Shown piece after piece: positions 1 to 9,718 of a stretch of DNA of 64,000 nt. Both the position numbers and the translations under genes were made by a program. Position 1 is the first letter of the stretch. Each line of letters begins with the position of its first letter. Source of the stretch: Candidatus Poribacteria bacterium (lineage in GTDB: Bacteria > Poribacteria > WGA-4E > WGA-3G); contig CAXXUA010000015.1 of assembly GCA_963663765.2 (NCBI GenBank), forward strand, positions 320,001 to 384,000, in the 5' to 3' direction. The notes beneath the pieces were generated by a model, which was not told the DNA's origin, made no database searches, and saw only the letters and a program-made list of their open reading frames with translations.

Positions 1-2520
1 CAAGTTTGTGAAGACTGGTCGTGTGTATTGCTCAGTATTTGCATTCCCAATGAGTTTACCATCATTTTTGTTAGGTGAAGAATCGTTGATTTTACCATTT
101 GATGTTTCATTAAAGTTCCAATAACCGACCAAGCCGGGTTCATCACCGTTTAACTGTTTATTCATGTCTGTATGGATTTCAGTTTCTGTACGTGCGATGT
201 TCCAGATTCGCACTTCATCAATTTGTCCGACGAAAGGGGATTGTGCTGATTGCTCTTCTTCATGTGAGGAACCGATTCGGAGTGGTAGTCGACTTCTATA
301 TAAGAATTCTTTATGTCTGAAATCTCTTTCTGCAATTTTATAGCCGTTTATGAAAAGTTGCATGGAGTTGTTCTTTGCATCAATGACAGCAGCGATATGA
401 TGCCATCTGTTGAGTTGGATAACATTCGGAAGAGCATAGAGTGATGCCTCACCTGCGCCACCTGGTGATGCGGCTAACTGAATTTGTCCCCCTTTCTTTA
501 GGTATAGAATATAGCTGCGGTTCTTGATGTCTGGAACGCGTTTATCACCTTTGAAGATAATTGGTGCATATCTGTTTGGATATGCGGTGGGTTTTATCCA
601 TGCGGAAACTGTCACCTGTTCTGAAATTTTGTTTAGTGTAAGACTGTCGTCTATTTCTACATAACTTCCATTACCTGAGAGATTTAACGCGGTGTCTTCA
701 ATTACCTTCCCTGTATCACCTCTTTTATGTGGAAGTTTTTGATAAAGCTCTCCCAATTTTTTGTACCATTGTGATTTATCTGGTTCAAGGTTGGTGAGAT
801 TTTCATATTGATTAACTGCTTCCAAAAGGTTTTCTGTTGCTTCGTAACTTTCAGCAAGTTTTGCAATCAGTGTGGGATCGTTTGGATTTTCTTCAACCGC
901 TTTCAATTGTTCTGGTATCCATTTTTCATATAGTTTTGCTTCTTTTGCGATTTTGTCTATTTCAGCATTTGCGCTTCTTGTTAAGTAGTTTTCCTCATCA
1001 ATATTTTTCACCTTCTGATATGTTTGAAATGCTTCTTCAAATCGTTTTGCTTTTTGGTAACTACTTGCAAGGATAAAATATAGGTACTTCAAATCCCATT
1101 TGTTGTTATTGTTCTCTACGATATTGATAGCATCATTTGCGATTTTGATAGCGGGTTCATACATTTTATTGTTAAGACATAAGGTTGCGAGTGCACCTTG
1201 GAATGAAGTGTCGTTTTTGAAACTACTTGTCGGTAATGCAGTTTCAGCTTGTTTCAACAAATCATTCGTCTTTTCAAGTTGTTTGATCTTTTTGTATGCC
1301 ACAGCTGCGAGAATTAAGCTGCGAATATTATTGGGTTCTAATTTGCTAAGTTTGAGATATGCTGCGGCAGCTTGATGATAGTCATTAGTTTTCCAATAGG
1401 ATTCAGCGAGTAATTCCATATTATCTGTGTTGTTCGTATCCTTTTCAAGATTACTTTCAATAAGTGCAATTAATGTTTCAAGTTCTCCTTGCTTATAAAA
1501 AGCATTAATTAGAGCTTCACGTTCTTTATCCCCTATAAAATTGACTGTAATACCCGATGAACCAAAGGTTGATGAAATGGTTTTTAATCTGGGTTGTCCT
1601 GACACTTCAGTTTCGTAGAATTCTAATGCAAGATCATTCTTGTTATTTTTGATGTATGTTTTCAGTAAATCTTCAATACCTCTACTTCGTTCATGGATGT
1701 TATTCTCCATTTGGTCGAGAACTTTCTTGTAAGCATCAGAAGCTTTTTCGTATTCACCTTTTTTAATTAAGATTTTAGCATGTTCTCTTAGCATTGCGGT
1801 GGTGATAGATCCATCGGTTTCTGCTTTTTCTAACATCTCTTCCAAATTACCCTGATAACGGTATAGGTTTATTAGCCGCTGTCCATTTTTCTGTTTGTCC
1901 CACTCGTGTGTAGAGTGTAAGTCAGCTTCCTTTAATGCTTTTTCGGCTGCGTTTAAATCATCAGTGAGATAATATAAATCGGTTAGGTTTAGGAATATAT
2001 CTTTGTTAGTGTGTCTTAATTCAATTGCTTTCTTGTAGTTTGCAATTGCCTCTTCATATTTCTCTTCATCAGTGTAAAGTTTTGCGAGTCGAAAGTAGTG
2101 TTTGCCAACTTCAGGTTGTGATAGAATAAATGACTGGATGAGTTCAAGTGCTTTGTTGTTCTGACCTGTCGTGATGACACTTTCAAAGAGTTTGTCTTGA
2201 TAGCTTGCATTTACAGGGTCACCGTCAAGTAGTTCATTCCAGATTTGAGTTGCTTTTTCGTGTTGTTTAGTTTGTGTGTAAAGGTTTGCAAGTTGTTTTT
2301 GCGATTCTATGTTGTTGGGTGCAGCGTTTACAATTCTTTCATACATATCAATAGCTTCGTCAATTTTGTTTTGCTTGATGTAATCTTGTGCTATTTTGAT
2401 GAATTCTTGAACAGACGGATCAGTCTTTTCAGTTTCTTGAGCATCAAGAGCTGCATTGAGTGATACGATAGTGATTGTAATTAGTAGGCATAAGTAGTAC
2501 AACATTTTTTTGTAAGTCAT
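1..2520 (-). CDS. Secreted TPR-repeat protein with LamG-like jellyroll domain, runs off the left edge (partial)
   Basis: Not in the ORF track. ATG at 2520 with GGAG upstream; reads MTYKKMLYYLCLLITITIVSLNAALDAQE (signal peptide), then TPR-like helices (IDEAIDMYERIVNAAPNN). The same frame near the left edge gives LamG motifs VTVSAWIKP, WHHIAAV, GQIDEVRIWN, GLVGYWNFNE. Frame checked at both ends only. Confidence 0.85.
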   Translation of the reverse strand, partial: MTYKKMLYYLCLLITITIVSLNAALDAQETEKTDPSVQEFIKIAQDYIKQNKIDEAIDMYERIVNAAPNNIESQKQLANLYTQTKQHEKATQIWNELLDGDPVNASYQDKLFESVITTGQNNKALELIQSFILSQPEVGKHYFRLAKLYTDEEKYEEAIANYKKAIELRHTNKDIFLNLTDLYYLTDDLNAAEKALKEADLHSTHEWDKQKNGQRLINLYRYQGNLEEMLEKAETDGSITTAMLREHAKILIKKGEYEKASDAYKKVLDQMENNIHERSRGIEDLLKTYIKNNKNDLALEFYETEVSGQPRLKTISSTFGSSGITVNFIGDKEREALINAFYKQGELETLIALIESNLEKDTNNTDNMELLAESYWKTNDYHQAAAAYLKLSKLEPNNIRSLILAAVAYKKIKQLEKTNDLLKQAETALPTSSFKNDTSFQGALATLCLNNKMYEPAIKIANDAINIVENNNNKWDLKYLYFILASSYQKAKRFEEAFQTYQKVKNIDEENYLTRSANAEIDKIAKEAKLYEKWIPEQLKAVEENPNDPTLIAKLAESYEATENLLEAVNQYENLTNLEPDKSQWYKKLGELYQKLPHKRGDTGKVIEDTALNLSGNGSYVEIDDSLTLNKISEQVTVSAWIKPTAYPNRYAPIIFKGDKRVPDIKNRSYILYLKKGGQIQLAASPGGAGEASLYALPNVIQLNRWHHIAAVIDAKNNSMQLFINGYKIAERDFRHKEFLYRSRLPLRIGSSHEEEQSAQSPFVGQIDEVRIWNIARTETEIHTDMNKQLNGDEPGLVGYWNFNETSNGKINDSSPNKNDGKLIGNANTEQYTRPVFTNL

Positions 2521-2533
2521 TATATTGTATCTC

Positions 2534-4588
2534 CTATGAAATTGTGGAAGTTTTTCCTTTCAGTTCTTTTATTTGGTCGCGTAGTTTTGCTGCGAGTTCA
2601 AAATCAAGGTCTATAGCAGCTTTGTGCATTTGACGAGTTAGGTCGTCGATTATTGTTTCAATGTCTTCAATTGCGCTTGTTTCTTTAACCATTGGAATAG
2701 GATCATCAGGTTCTTCAGTTAAGTATTCCTCTGTAGATTCAGAGATAAGTTGCTGAATTGCTTTTTGAATAGTTGCGGGTGTAATGTCATTATCTTCGTT
2801 GTATTTGAACTGGATTTCACGACGGCGGGAGGTCTCCGCGATTGCATCAGCCATTGCATCCGTGATGGTATCACCGTACATTAGGACTTCTCCATCAACG
2901 TTCCGCGCTGCGCGACCAGATGTTTGGACAAGCGATGTGACGGAACGTAGAAAACCAGGACGGTCAGCGTCAAGGATGGCTACAAGAGAGACTTCAGGTA
3001 GGTCGAGACCTTCCCGCAATAGATTTATACCTATGAGTACATCAAATTCACCTTCACGTAGTTGTCGTAGGATTCTTGCTCTATCAAAGACATCAATTTC
3101 AGAATGCATGTAGTTTGCTCGGATGCCTGCTTCAATAAAATACTCGCTTAGATCTTCTGCCATCCGTTTTGTGAGTGTTGTTACCAACACGCGTTGTTTC
3201 TGTTTTACACGTTCATTTATCTTACCGATGAGATGGTCGATTTGTCCACGAACGGGATGTACAGAGATTTGTGGGTCTATCAAACCTGTGGGACGTATGA
3301 TCTGTTCAACTATTTTGCCGCCTTCTTCCATTTCGTATTTTCCGGGTGTAGCAGAAACATATATGACTTGATCAATATAGGCTTCTACCTCCTCAAATTT
3401 TAGGGGTCTGTTGTCTAATGCGGACGGTAGACGGAAGCCGTATTCAACGAGTGTTGTTTTTCTTGCACGGTCACCTCGGTACATACCTTTTAGTTGTGGG
3501 ATTGTAACATGTGATTCATCTATGAATATGAAGAAATCAGCAGGAAAATAGTTGAGAAGGCAGTATGGTGGTTCTCCCGGTTGCAAACCGGACAGATGTC
3601 GTGAATAGTTTTCAATTCCTGAACAGTAACCGACCTCACGTAACATTTCTAAATCGAACCTTGTTCTTTGTTCAATGCGTTGTGCTTCAAGGAGTTTGTT
3701 TTCTTTTTCAAAAGTTGCGATTCTGTCATGGAGTTCAAGTTCAATGTTGATCAGAGCATCCTCAAAGATGTCAGCATTAGTCATGAAATGTTTTGCAGGA
3801 TATATTTCCAGTGTATGCAGTTTGTTTAATATTTCTCCAGTAACTGTATCTATTTCGCAAATTCTATCCACTTCATCTCCGAAGAGTTCAATTCGGAATG
3901 CGCTTTCACTATATGCTGGAAACACTTCTATTACATCTCCGCGAACGCGAAAAGTTCCTTGCCAAAAGTCAACGTCGTTTCGGACGTACTGGATATCCAC
4001 TAAAGCGCGTAGGAACTCATCTCTTTTAATGTAATTGCCGACTTCTAAATCAACCTTTTGTCCTTCAAATTCGCGGGGTGAACCGAGACCGTATAAACAG
4101 GAAACACTTGCTACAATGATGACATCTTGTCTTGACATCAGGGATGCGGTTGAAGCGAGTCGCATGCGTGTGATTTCCTCGTTAATTCGGACATCCTTTT
4201 CAATAAAAGTATCGGTAGATGGGATGTATGCTTCAGGTTGATAGTATTCGTAATCGCTGACGAAATAGTGGACAGCATTGTGTGGGAAAAAGGATTTGAA
4301 TTCGTGGTAGAGTTGTGCGGAGAGCGTTTTATTTGGTGAAATGACGAGTGTTGGACGTTGGATATTCTGTATGACATTCGCCATTGTATAGGTCTTACCC
4401 GAACCTGTAACACCTAACAAAGTTTGTGCTCTCTCGCCTTTTAGAATTCCGTTAGTGAGTTTTTCGATTGCTTGTGGTTGGTCTCCCTGTGGATCGAATT
4501 CCGATGTTAATTCAAAAGGTGTTGATGGTATTTCATGATTTACATTGATGGGTGAAATTGATGGGCGCGGTTCAAAGTGCTCTCTCAT
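2534..4588 (-). CDS. uvrB: Excinuclease ABC subunit B
   Basis: GVTGSGKT, YYQPEAY, DESH, GFRLPSALDNRPL, C-terminal UVR coiled coil (DFELAAKLRDQI). Confidence 0.98.
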   Translation of the reverse strand: MREHFEPRPSISPINVNHEIPSTPFELTSEFDPQGDQPQAIEKLTNGILKGERAQTLLGVTGSGKTYTMANVIQNIQRPTLVISPNKTLSAQLYHEFKSFFPHNAVHYFVSDYEYYQPEAYIPSTDTFIEKDVRINEEITRMRLASTASLMSRQDVIIVASVSCLYGLGSPREFEGQKVDLEVGNYIKRDEFLRALVDIQYVRNDVDFWQGTFRVRGDVIEVFPAYSESAFRIELFGDEVDRICEIDTVTGEILNKLHTLEIYPAKHFMTNADIFEDALINIELELHDRIATFEKENKLLEAQRIEQRTRFDLEMLREVGYCSGIENYSRHLSGLQPGEPPYCLLNYFPADFFIFIDESHVTIPQLKGMYRGDRARKTTLVEYGFRLPSALDNRPLKFEEVEAYIDQVIYVSATPGKYEMEEGGKIVEQIIRPTGLIDPQISVHPVRGQIDHLIGKINERVKQKQRVLVTTLTKRMAEDLSEYFIEAGIRANYMHSEIDVFDRARILRQLREGEFDVLIGINLLREGLDLPEVSLVAILDADRPGFLRSVTSLVQTSGRAARNVDGEVLMYGDTITDAMADAIAETSRRREIQFKYNEDNDITPATIQKAIQQLISESTEEYLTEEPDDPIPMVKETSAIEDIETIIDDLTRQMHKAAIDLDFELAAKLRDQIKELKGKTSTIS

Positions 4589-4645
4589 TTCTATTCCTAT
4601 AGTTTTCTCATGTTATACTGGATATTTATATAAAAGGCAACATAT

Positions 4646-7165
4646 TTAATGTTTATCACAGATTTTGGTAGGTGCTTGTCCGATTATAAAAGGTTCGTTA
4701 CTGACATTTTCTTCTGGACAGTTTTCTTTGTTTTTAAGTAGCCCCGTTGTGTTATCAATTTCCCAGAATTCAATTCCCTCTGGTACAGCGAATTCTCTTT
4801 CTGGACCTCTTGATGCGTCATCAATGAATTCTGCCCAGATGGGAAGAGCAGCCCATGCTCCCTGTTCGTTGTAGTTTCGTACATTACTTTTTTGTCTGTC
4901 AAGACCGACCCACACACCTACAACCATGTCAGCGGAATACCCAACGAACCAAGCATCTACATTCTCATTAGTAGTGCCAGTTTTTCCGCCAATTGGACGT
5001 GTGATGTAATATGGTTTACGTAATGCGCGGTTCCCTGTTCCTTTCTTAATAACACTTTGAAGGAAGGATGTGATCTGATATGCGACTTTTTCATCTATAA
5101 CACGTGTACGATCCTGTTGGTAGCTGTCTGTTGGATAAATCAGGTTTCCATCAGGGTCAGTAATATACTCAATGTATCTTGGCTCAACTTTTATACCTCG
5201 ATTTGCAAATACACCATAAGCGGAAGTTAATTCCAGTACTGTCATACCAAATGAACCTAAAGTAAGTGCAGGTTTTTTGGGGTCCATTGCAGTTGAAATC
5301 CCGAAATCTTTTGCGAGTTCAACGATTCTAACAATTCCATCTCTATATCCGTCTTCAGTGATTTTTGTTTCCCATGCGGCTCTTGCTGTTGGTACGTTAA
5401 TTGATTTCATTAGTATTTTCCTGACTGTGACAGGTCCATCATGTTTATATTTAGTATAGTTGTCAACTTCCCAAATCTGACCAGGTACGTGTTCAATCGC
5501 CCAAGGTTCATCTATTATGATTGTGGCTGGTGTGAGTATAGCAGGATCTTCCATAAGAGCAGCGAAGACGATAGGTTTGAATGCTGAACCTGGTTGTCGC
5601 TTTGAACTTCCTACTGCACGGTTTAGGAAGTTGTGATAGCTCATTTTTTTGATATGAGGATTATTACCATTAATGCTATATTCACGTCCACCGACCATTG
5701 CTTTAACATAGCCGGATTGTGGGTCAAAAGCGATTAGAGCGGCTTGCAAATAGTTTTCTTGAGGGTGAATACCTTGAGGATTATTTTTGTTTTGATCATA
5801 ATTTGGTACGTGAGTACCCCATCTTCCATCCATATACCGTAAATGTTTTGCAACAGCATTCATAGCGATGGATTGCATGGACATGTCAATTGTAGTGTAT
5901 ACTTTCAAACCTTCACTGTATAAACTATCTTTGAGTTCAGAGATGTTGCTAAGTTCAGATTGAATGTGGTCTAAGAAGTGACCAGCAGTATTCTGTTTTT
6001 CTCTTAATAAAGTCTGTGTTGGTATCTGGACATGTATCGGTTGAATTCGGTTATTTTCGTATTCCTGTTGGTTTATAAAACCTTGATTGAACATTGCATT
6101 TAGGACGACATTGCGACGTTTTTTTGCATTTTCAGGGTTTGTCAATGGGGAGTACATAGATGTGCCTTTTGGAATTCCTGCCAGTAGAGCACATTCATGA
6201 AAATCGAGTTCAGCGACTTCTTTTTCAAAGAAAGCCATAGCTGCTTTTTGTACACCATAGAGTTGTTGTCCCCCAAATCTACCGAAGTCAATAAAGTTGA
6301 GATATGCTTCAAGGATTTGTGATTTTGAAAGAGTTTTTTCAATTCTGAATGCGAGTAAAATTTCTCTTGTTTTTCGTGCAAGTGTCCGCTGATTTTTTTC
6401 TGATTGCAGGTAGAAATTGCGTGTGAGTTGCTGCGTTAGTGTGCTTGTTGCACCGAGTCTTTCTCCCCCTAAAAACGCATCCTTAAATGCGCCACCGAGT
6501 CGGATTATGTCAATACCTGTATGTTGAAAGAAACGTCTATCTTCAATAGCAATGAAAGCGTCAGTCAATTTTGCTGGCATTGAATCCAGGGATATGATAG
6601 TTCGTGTCGTATCATCAAGACCTGATGATTCTTGTATTAGTTCTGGTTCAAGGAAGAAGTTTATAATTGAGATACCATCTGAGTTTAGAATAGTATCAAG
6701 TTTTCCATTTTTGACATTGAGATGCAGTCGTTTTGCTTCAGTTCCAGTGGTCATATTTGGATATTCAAATTCTCGTAGGAATATATCTATTGTTCCATTC
6801 TCTTTCCCTTTTTCTCCAGTGAGTTTGTGTGAATATTGTCCTGGATAGTTTACCCCTTTTCCATCGTTTTTTAATTCCTCATAGTCCAAACGATGTTTCT
6901 GGAGTTTATCAATCAGAAATGCAGCAGAATCTTTGCGTTGTACTTCACATATAGATGAATATACTTCAAGGTGCTGTCGCCAAGTTTGTGAATCGTTTTT
7001 GTATTCTAAGTTGATCAAATCAATTTCAGCAACATCTTCCCAACATCCAAGCATAAATCCGCTTGCAACGCCTATTCCAAAGCAGATAACAAGGAAGATA
7101 AGGATAAGACCCAGGAAGATTGTACTAAGGATTACTTGTAATGTATTATACAATAACTTTTTCAT
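4646..7165 (-). CDS. Class A penicillin-binding protein (PBP1A/1B-like transglycosylase-transpeptidase)
   Basis: N-terminal TM; EDRRFFQH and STLTQQL glycosyltransferase motifs; SAFK, SIN and KTGT transpeptidase motifs; ATG 7165 has a GGAG RBS. Confidence 0.93.
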   Translation of the reverse strand: MKKLLYNTLQVILSTIFLGLILIFLVICFGIGVASGFMLGCWEDVAEIDLINLEYKNDSQTWRQHLEVYSSICEVQRKDSAAFLIDKLQKHRLDYEELKNDGKGVNYPGQYSHKLTGEKGKENGTIDIFLREFEYPNMTTGTEAKRLHLNVKNGKLDTILNSDGISIINFFLEPELIQESSGLDDTTRTIISLDSMPAKLTDAFIAIEDRRFFQHTGIDIIRLGGAFKDAFLGGERLGATSTLTQQLTRNFYLQSEKNQRTLARKTREILLAFRIEKTLSKSQILEAYLNFIDFGRFGGQQLYGVQKAAMAFFEKEVAELDFHECALLAGIPKGTSMYSPLTNPENAKKRRNVVLNAMFNQGFINQQEYENNRIQPIHVQIPTQTLLREKQNTAGHFLDHIQSELSNISELKDSLYSEGLKVYTTIDMSMQSIAMNAVAKHLRYMDGRWGTHVPNYDQNKNNPQGIHPQENYLQAALIAFDPQSGYVKAMVGGREYSINGNNPHIKKMSYHNFLNRAVGSSKRQPGSAFKPIVFAALMEDPAILTPATIIIDEPWAIEHVPGQIWEVDNYTKYKHDGPVTVRKILMKSINVPTARAAWETKITEDGYRDGIVRIVELAKDFGISTAMDPKKPALTLGSFGMTVLELTSAYGVFANRGIKVEPRYIEYITDPDGNLIYPTDSYQQDRTRVIDEKVAYQITSFLQSVIKKGTGNRALRKPYYITRPIGGKTGTTNENVDAWFVGYSADMVVGVWVGLDRQKSNVRNYNEQGAWAALPIWAEFIDDASRGPEREFAVPEGIEFWEIDNTTGLLKNKENCPEENVSNEPFIIGQAPTKICDKH

Positions 7166-7192
7166 ATTATACTCCACTATTTGTGAAATAAA

Positions 7193-7813
7193 CTAAGGTG
7201 TACGGTCTAAGTCTGCTTTTCTAACACGTTTAATTGTGCATCCGATTGCACGTGTCTTTTTCTGTTTTTCAGGTATGACTTTACCGTCCAAAAGCAGATT
7301 CAATATGTTCGTTAGGTAGTGATTCTTAGGAGATTTTCGGTTGTCGTCTATTGCACCTTTATAGCGTAGGATATGTTTATTATCTATAACAAACACTTCA
7401 GGTGTTCTTCGAGCTTGAAAATAGTCAGCGATGACGTTTTCTGGATCAATAAGAATAGGGAATTCAAGTTTGTGTTTCGTCTGATATTTTTTTATATCTT
7501 CACTTGTTTCATGTTTATTTGAGTGAATACCGACAAATTGGACTTCTTTTTCTTTGTAGTCCTTTGTGAGTTTTACAATACGTTCAATATATTCATCCAA
7601 TACAGGACATTCTGTAGCAAGAAAAATAAGTACAATTGCTTTTTTGTCTTTACTAAGTTTCTTTAAGGTATGAGTTTTTTTCTCTGTGTCCTTTAGGGAC
7701 CATTCCTTAACCTTTTCATCAATTTTTGCGATATTGTCGTTATTTTCTTCGTCTGCTGAAATGAAAAAGGAAATGAAAAAAAATAAACCGATAAAGGCAT
7801 ACGACTTACGCAT
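7193..7813 (-). CDS. Exported thioredoxin-fold redoxin (AhpC/TSA-like)
   Basis: Signal peptide, ATECPV, TPEVFVID, YKGAIDD, GCTIK; AGGAG before ATG 7813. Confidence 0.85.
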   Translation of the reverse strand: MRKSYAFIGLFFFISFFISADEENNDNIAKIDEKVKEWSLKDTEKKTHTLKKLSKDKKAIVLIFLATECPVLDEYIERIVKLTKDYKEKEVQFVGIHSNKHETSEDIKKYQTKHKLEFPILIDPENVIADYFQARRTPEVFVIDNKHILRYKGAIDDNRKSPKNHYLTNILNLLLDGKVIPEKQKKTRAIGCTIKRVRKADLDRTP

Positions 7814-8003
7814 TTTTAGTTCTCCTATGTTATAAAACGTTACAAACATAATTGCGTTTATAATGAGTTTACATTATCTTAAGTTGTAAAAACTAATTTT
7901 CGGAATATAGTATAAAATACATAATAACGAAAAATTATATTGATTTTTTTATTATATAGTGTAACAATGTAACATATTTTTCAGTATATAGCAAACTGTA
8001 CGA

Positions 8004-8188
8004 CAGGGTTATTCAGTATTAGACATTTTAACTGTTTCCCGAGAAAATCGCGACCGATAAAACAAGAAATCAACGGTATGAATGCGCGTATGGCATTCCC
8101 CGGCTATGCCTTTTGGCATAGCCCAGGGCGCTCCTACTGCGGGATTCTTTTTGAGAAATTCACTCATTAGGAAAACTGAATAACCATG
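8004..8188. mobile_element. Non-autonomous MITE with ISAs1-like ends
   Basis: Ends CAGGGTTATTCAGT ... ACTGAATAACCATG resemble the IRs of the ISAs1 at 26856-28170; no ORF. Confidence 0.65.
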
Positions 8189-8309
8189 GATATTGATAGT
8201 TTTTCTACAGTTTGCTCAAACCATAATTTATTTTAATTTTTCAACTATTGAATAAAATGGAGGTATTCAAGGGAGTTCAAAATTATTAGTATCAGGATTA
8301 GTATTATTT

Positions 8310-9470
8310 ATGTGTCTATTTGCTATAACAGTAACAGCAACAGCACAAGAACCAATTCTCGGACCCTATCTTTGGATGTTCGTTAAGTTGGATGCAAATC
8401 AGGGTGGACAAGCAGCTACAGATGTTGATTCCCTTGCAGCTGCGAGTAATAATGTTGTTACTGAAGAAATGGTTGCAAGCAATGGCGCGACTGAGGGTGA
8501 TACAGTTGGTGATTTTCAATGGACATCTGCTGACTTACCCGATAGTGGTAACATAAATGAAGTTGCTACGCAAGCAGGTTTCACAGAAGTTGATATAGAC
8601 GATGTGACTTCTTACGCACTGTATACGTACAATTCCGATAAAGATCAAGCACTGACAATGGCGACTGGGAGTGATGATTCTATCAAAGTATGGCTTAATG
8701 GTGAAGTCGTTTTTTCTAACGCTGTTAATCGTGGAGCATCCAGATGGCAGGATGAGTTTCCCATCAATTTGGTACAGGGTGACAACTTATTCTTAGTCAA
8801 AGTTAGTGATCGTAGTGGTGGTTGGGGTATGCATGTTGGTATATCTGAAACGCCTTTAATTCCTGTGCAAGAAATACTCACAAATTGGATTTGGATGATG
8901 GCTCGAACAGAAGTGAACCAGGGTGGCGCGGATTCTACACACATAGATTCACTTGCTGTTGCAAGTAACAATAAGGTTACTGAAGAAGATGTGGCTAAGA
9001 ACGGGGTGACTGAAGGGGATACTGTTGGTGATTATCAGTGGACTCTTGCGGAATTACCACAAAATGGTGATCTTAATGTTCTTGTCAATCAAGCAGGAAT
9101 AGAAGCAGGGGATTTAGATGATGTGACTGCATACGGAATTGTTACTCTTGTTGCAGAAGAAGCAATGGAAGATGTTGTGATGGTAGCAGGGAGTGATGAT
9201 TCAATTAAAGTTTGGCTTAATGGAGAAGTCGTTCACTCTAATGCGGCGAATCGAGGTAGATCCAGATGGCAAGAAGAGTTTACAGTTAATCTGAATAAAG
9301 GTGACAACTTATTGATGGTTAAATGTAGTGATCGAAACGGTGGATGGGGTATGCACTTTGGAGTTCGTGGGAATGTAGAAACTGCGTATAAACCATCCGA
9401 TCAACTTTTTAGTGTTGATGCTGTTGGTAAGTTTGTTACTACATGGGGTAAACTCAAAAACTCCAAATAA
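8310..9470 (+). CDS. Secreted protein with two internal repeats (PA14-like beta-sandwich) and C-terminal TTWGxLK tail
   Basis: GSDDSIKVWLNGEVV and GGWGMH each occur twice; ends VDAVGKFVTTWGKLKNSK; true start probably near 8271. Confidence 0.8.
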   Translation: MCLFAITVTATAQEPILGPYLWMFVKLDANQGGQAATDVDSLAAASNNVVTEEMVASNGATEGDTVGDFQWTSADLPDSGNINEVATQAGFTEVDIDDVTSYALYTYNSDKDQALTMATGSDDSIKVWLNGEVVFSNAVNRGASRWQDEFPINLVQGDNLFLVKVSDRSGGWGMHVGISETPLIPVQEILTNWIWMMARTEVNQGGADSTHIDSLAVASNNKVTEEDVAKNGVTEGDTVGDYQWTLAELPQNGDLNVLVNQAGIEAGDLDDVTAYGIVTLVAEEAMEDVVMVAGSDDSIKVWLNGEVVHSNAANRGRSRWQEEFTVNLNKGDNLLMVKCSDRNGGWGMHFGVRGNVETAYKPSDQLFSVDAVGKFVTTWGKLKNSK

Positions 9471-9519
9471 TCTACATTTATGGTAGACTTTGGACTTAAT
9501 TTCTTATTTAGACAGTTAA

Positions 9520-9627
9520 CAGGACTTATGCAGTTTTCATGATCTGATGAAGAATTATGACGAAAATATTGTAATTTTCAGCATTTTTCTGTTTCCAGTG
9601 CCAAATCAAGAAATCAACAAAATCAAG
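9520..9627. mobile_element. Truncated copy of the CAGGACTTACGCA-ended MITE family
   Basis: Reverse-complement similarity to the right halves of 38734-38905 and 53944-54155. Confidence 0.7.
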
Positions 9628-9628
9628 T

Positions 9629-9669
9629 AATCGTTTAGTTTGAAATTTGAAATTTCAAACTAAACGATT
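9629..9669. terminator. Perfect 20-bp inverted repeat between convergent genes, possible bidirectional terminator
   Basis: AATCGTTTAGTTTGAAATTT-G-AAATTTCAAACTAAACGATT. Confidence 0.55.
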
Positions 9670-9718
9670 TTGTTTTGCTGTCATGTCGATTGTAATCTGG
9701 ATATAAAAACATAAGGTG

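Noticed and set aside
837-2463. Short ORFs in the track over the first 2.5 kb, and similar short antisense ORFs elsewhere
   Set aside because: They overlap longer genes with recognisable motifs and have no family features
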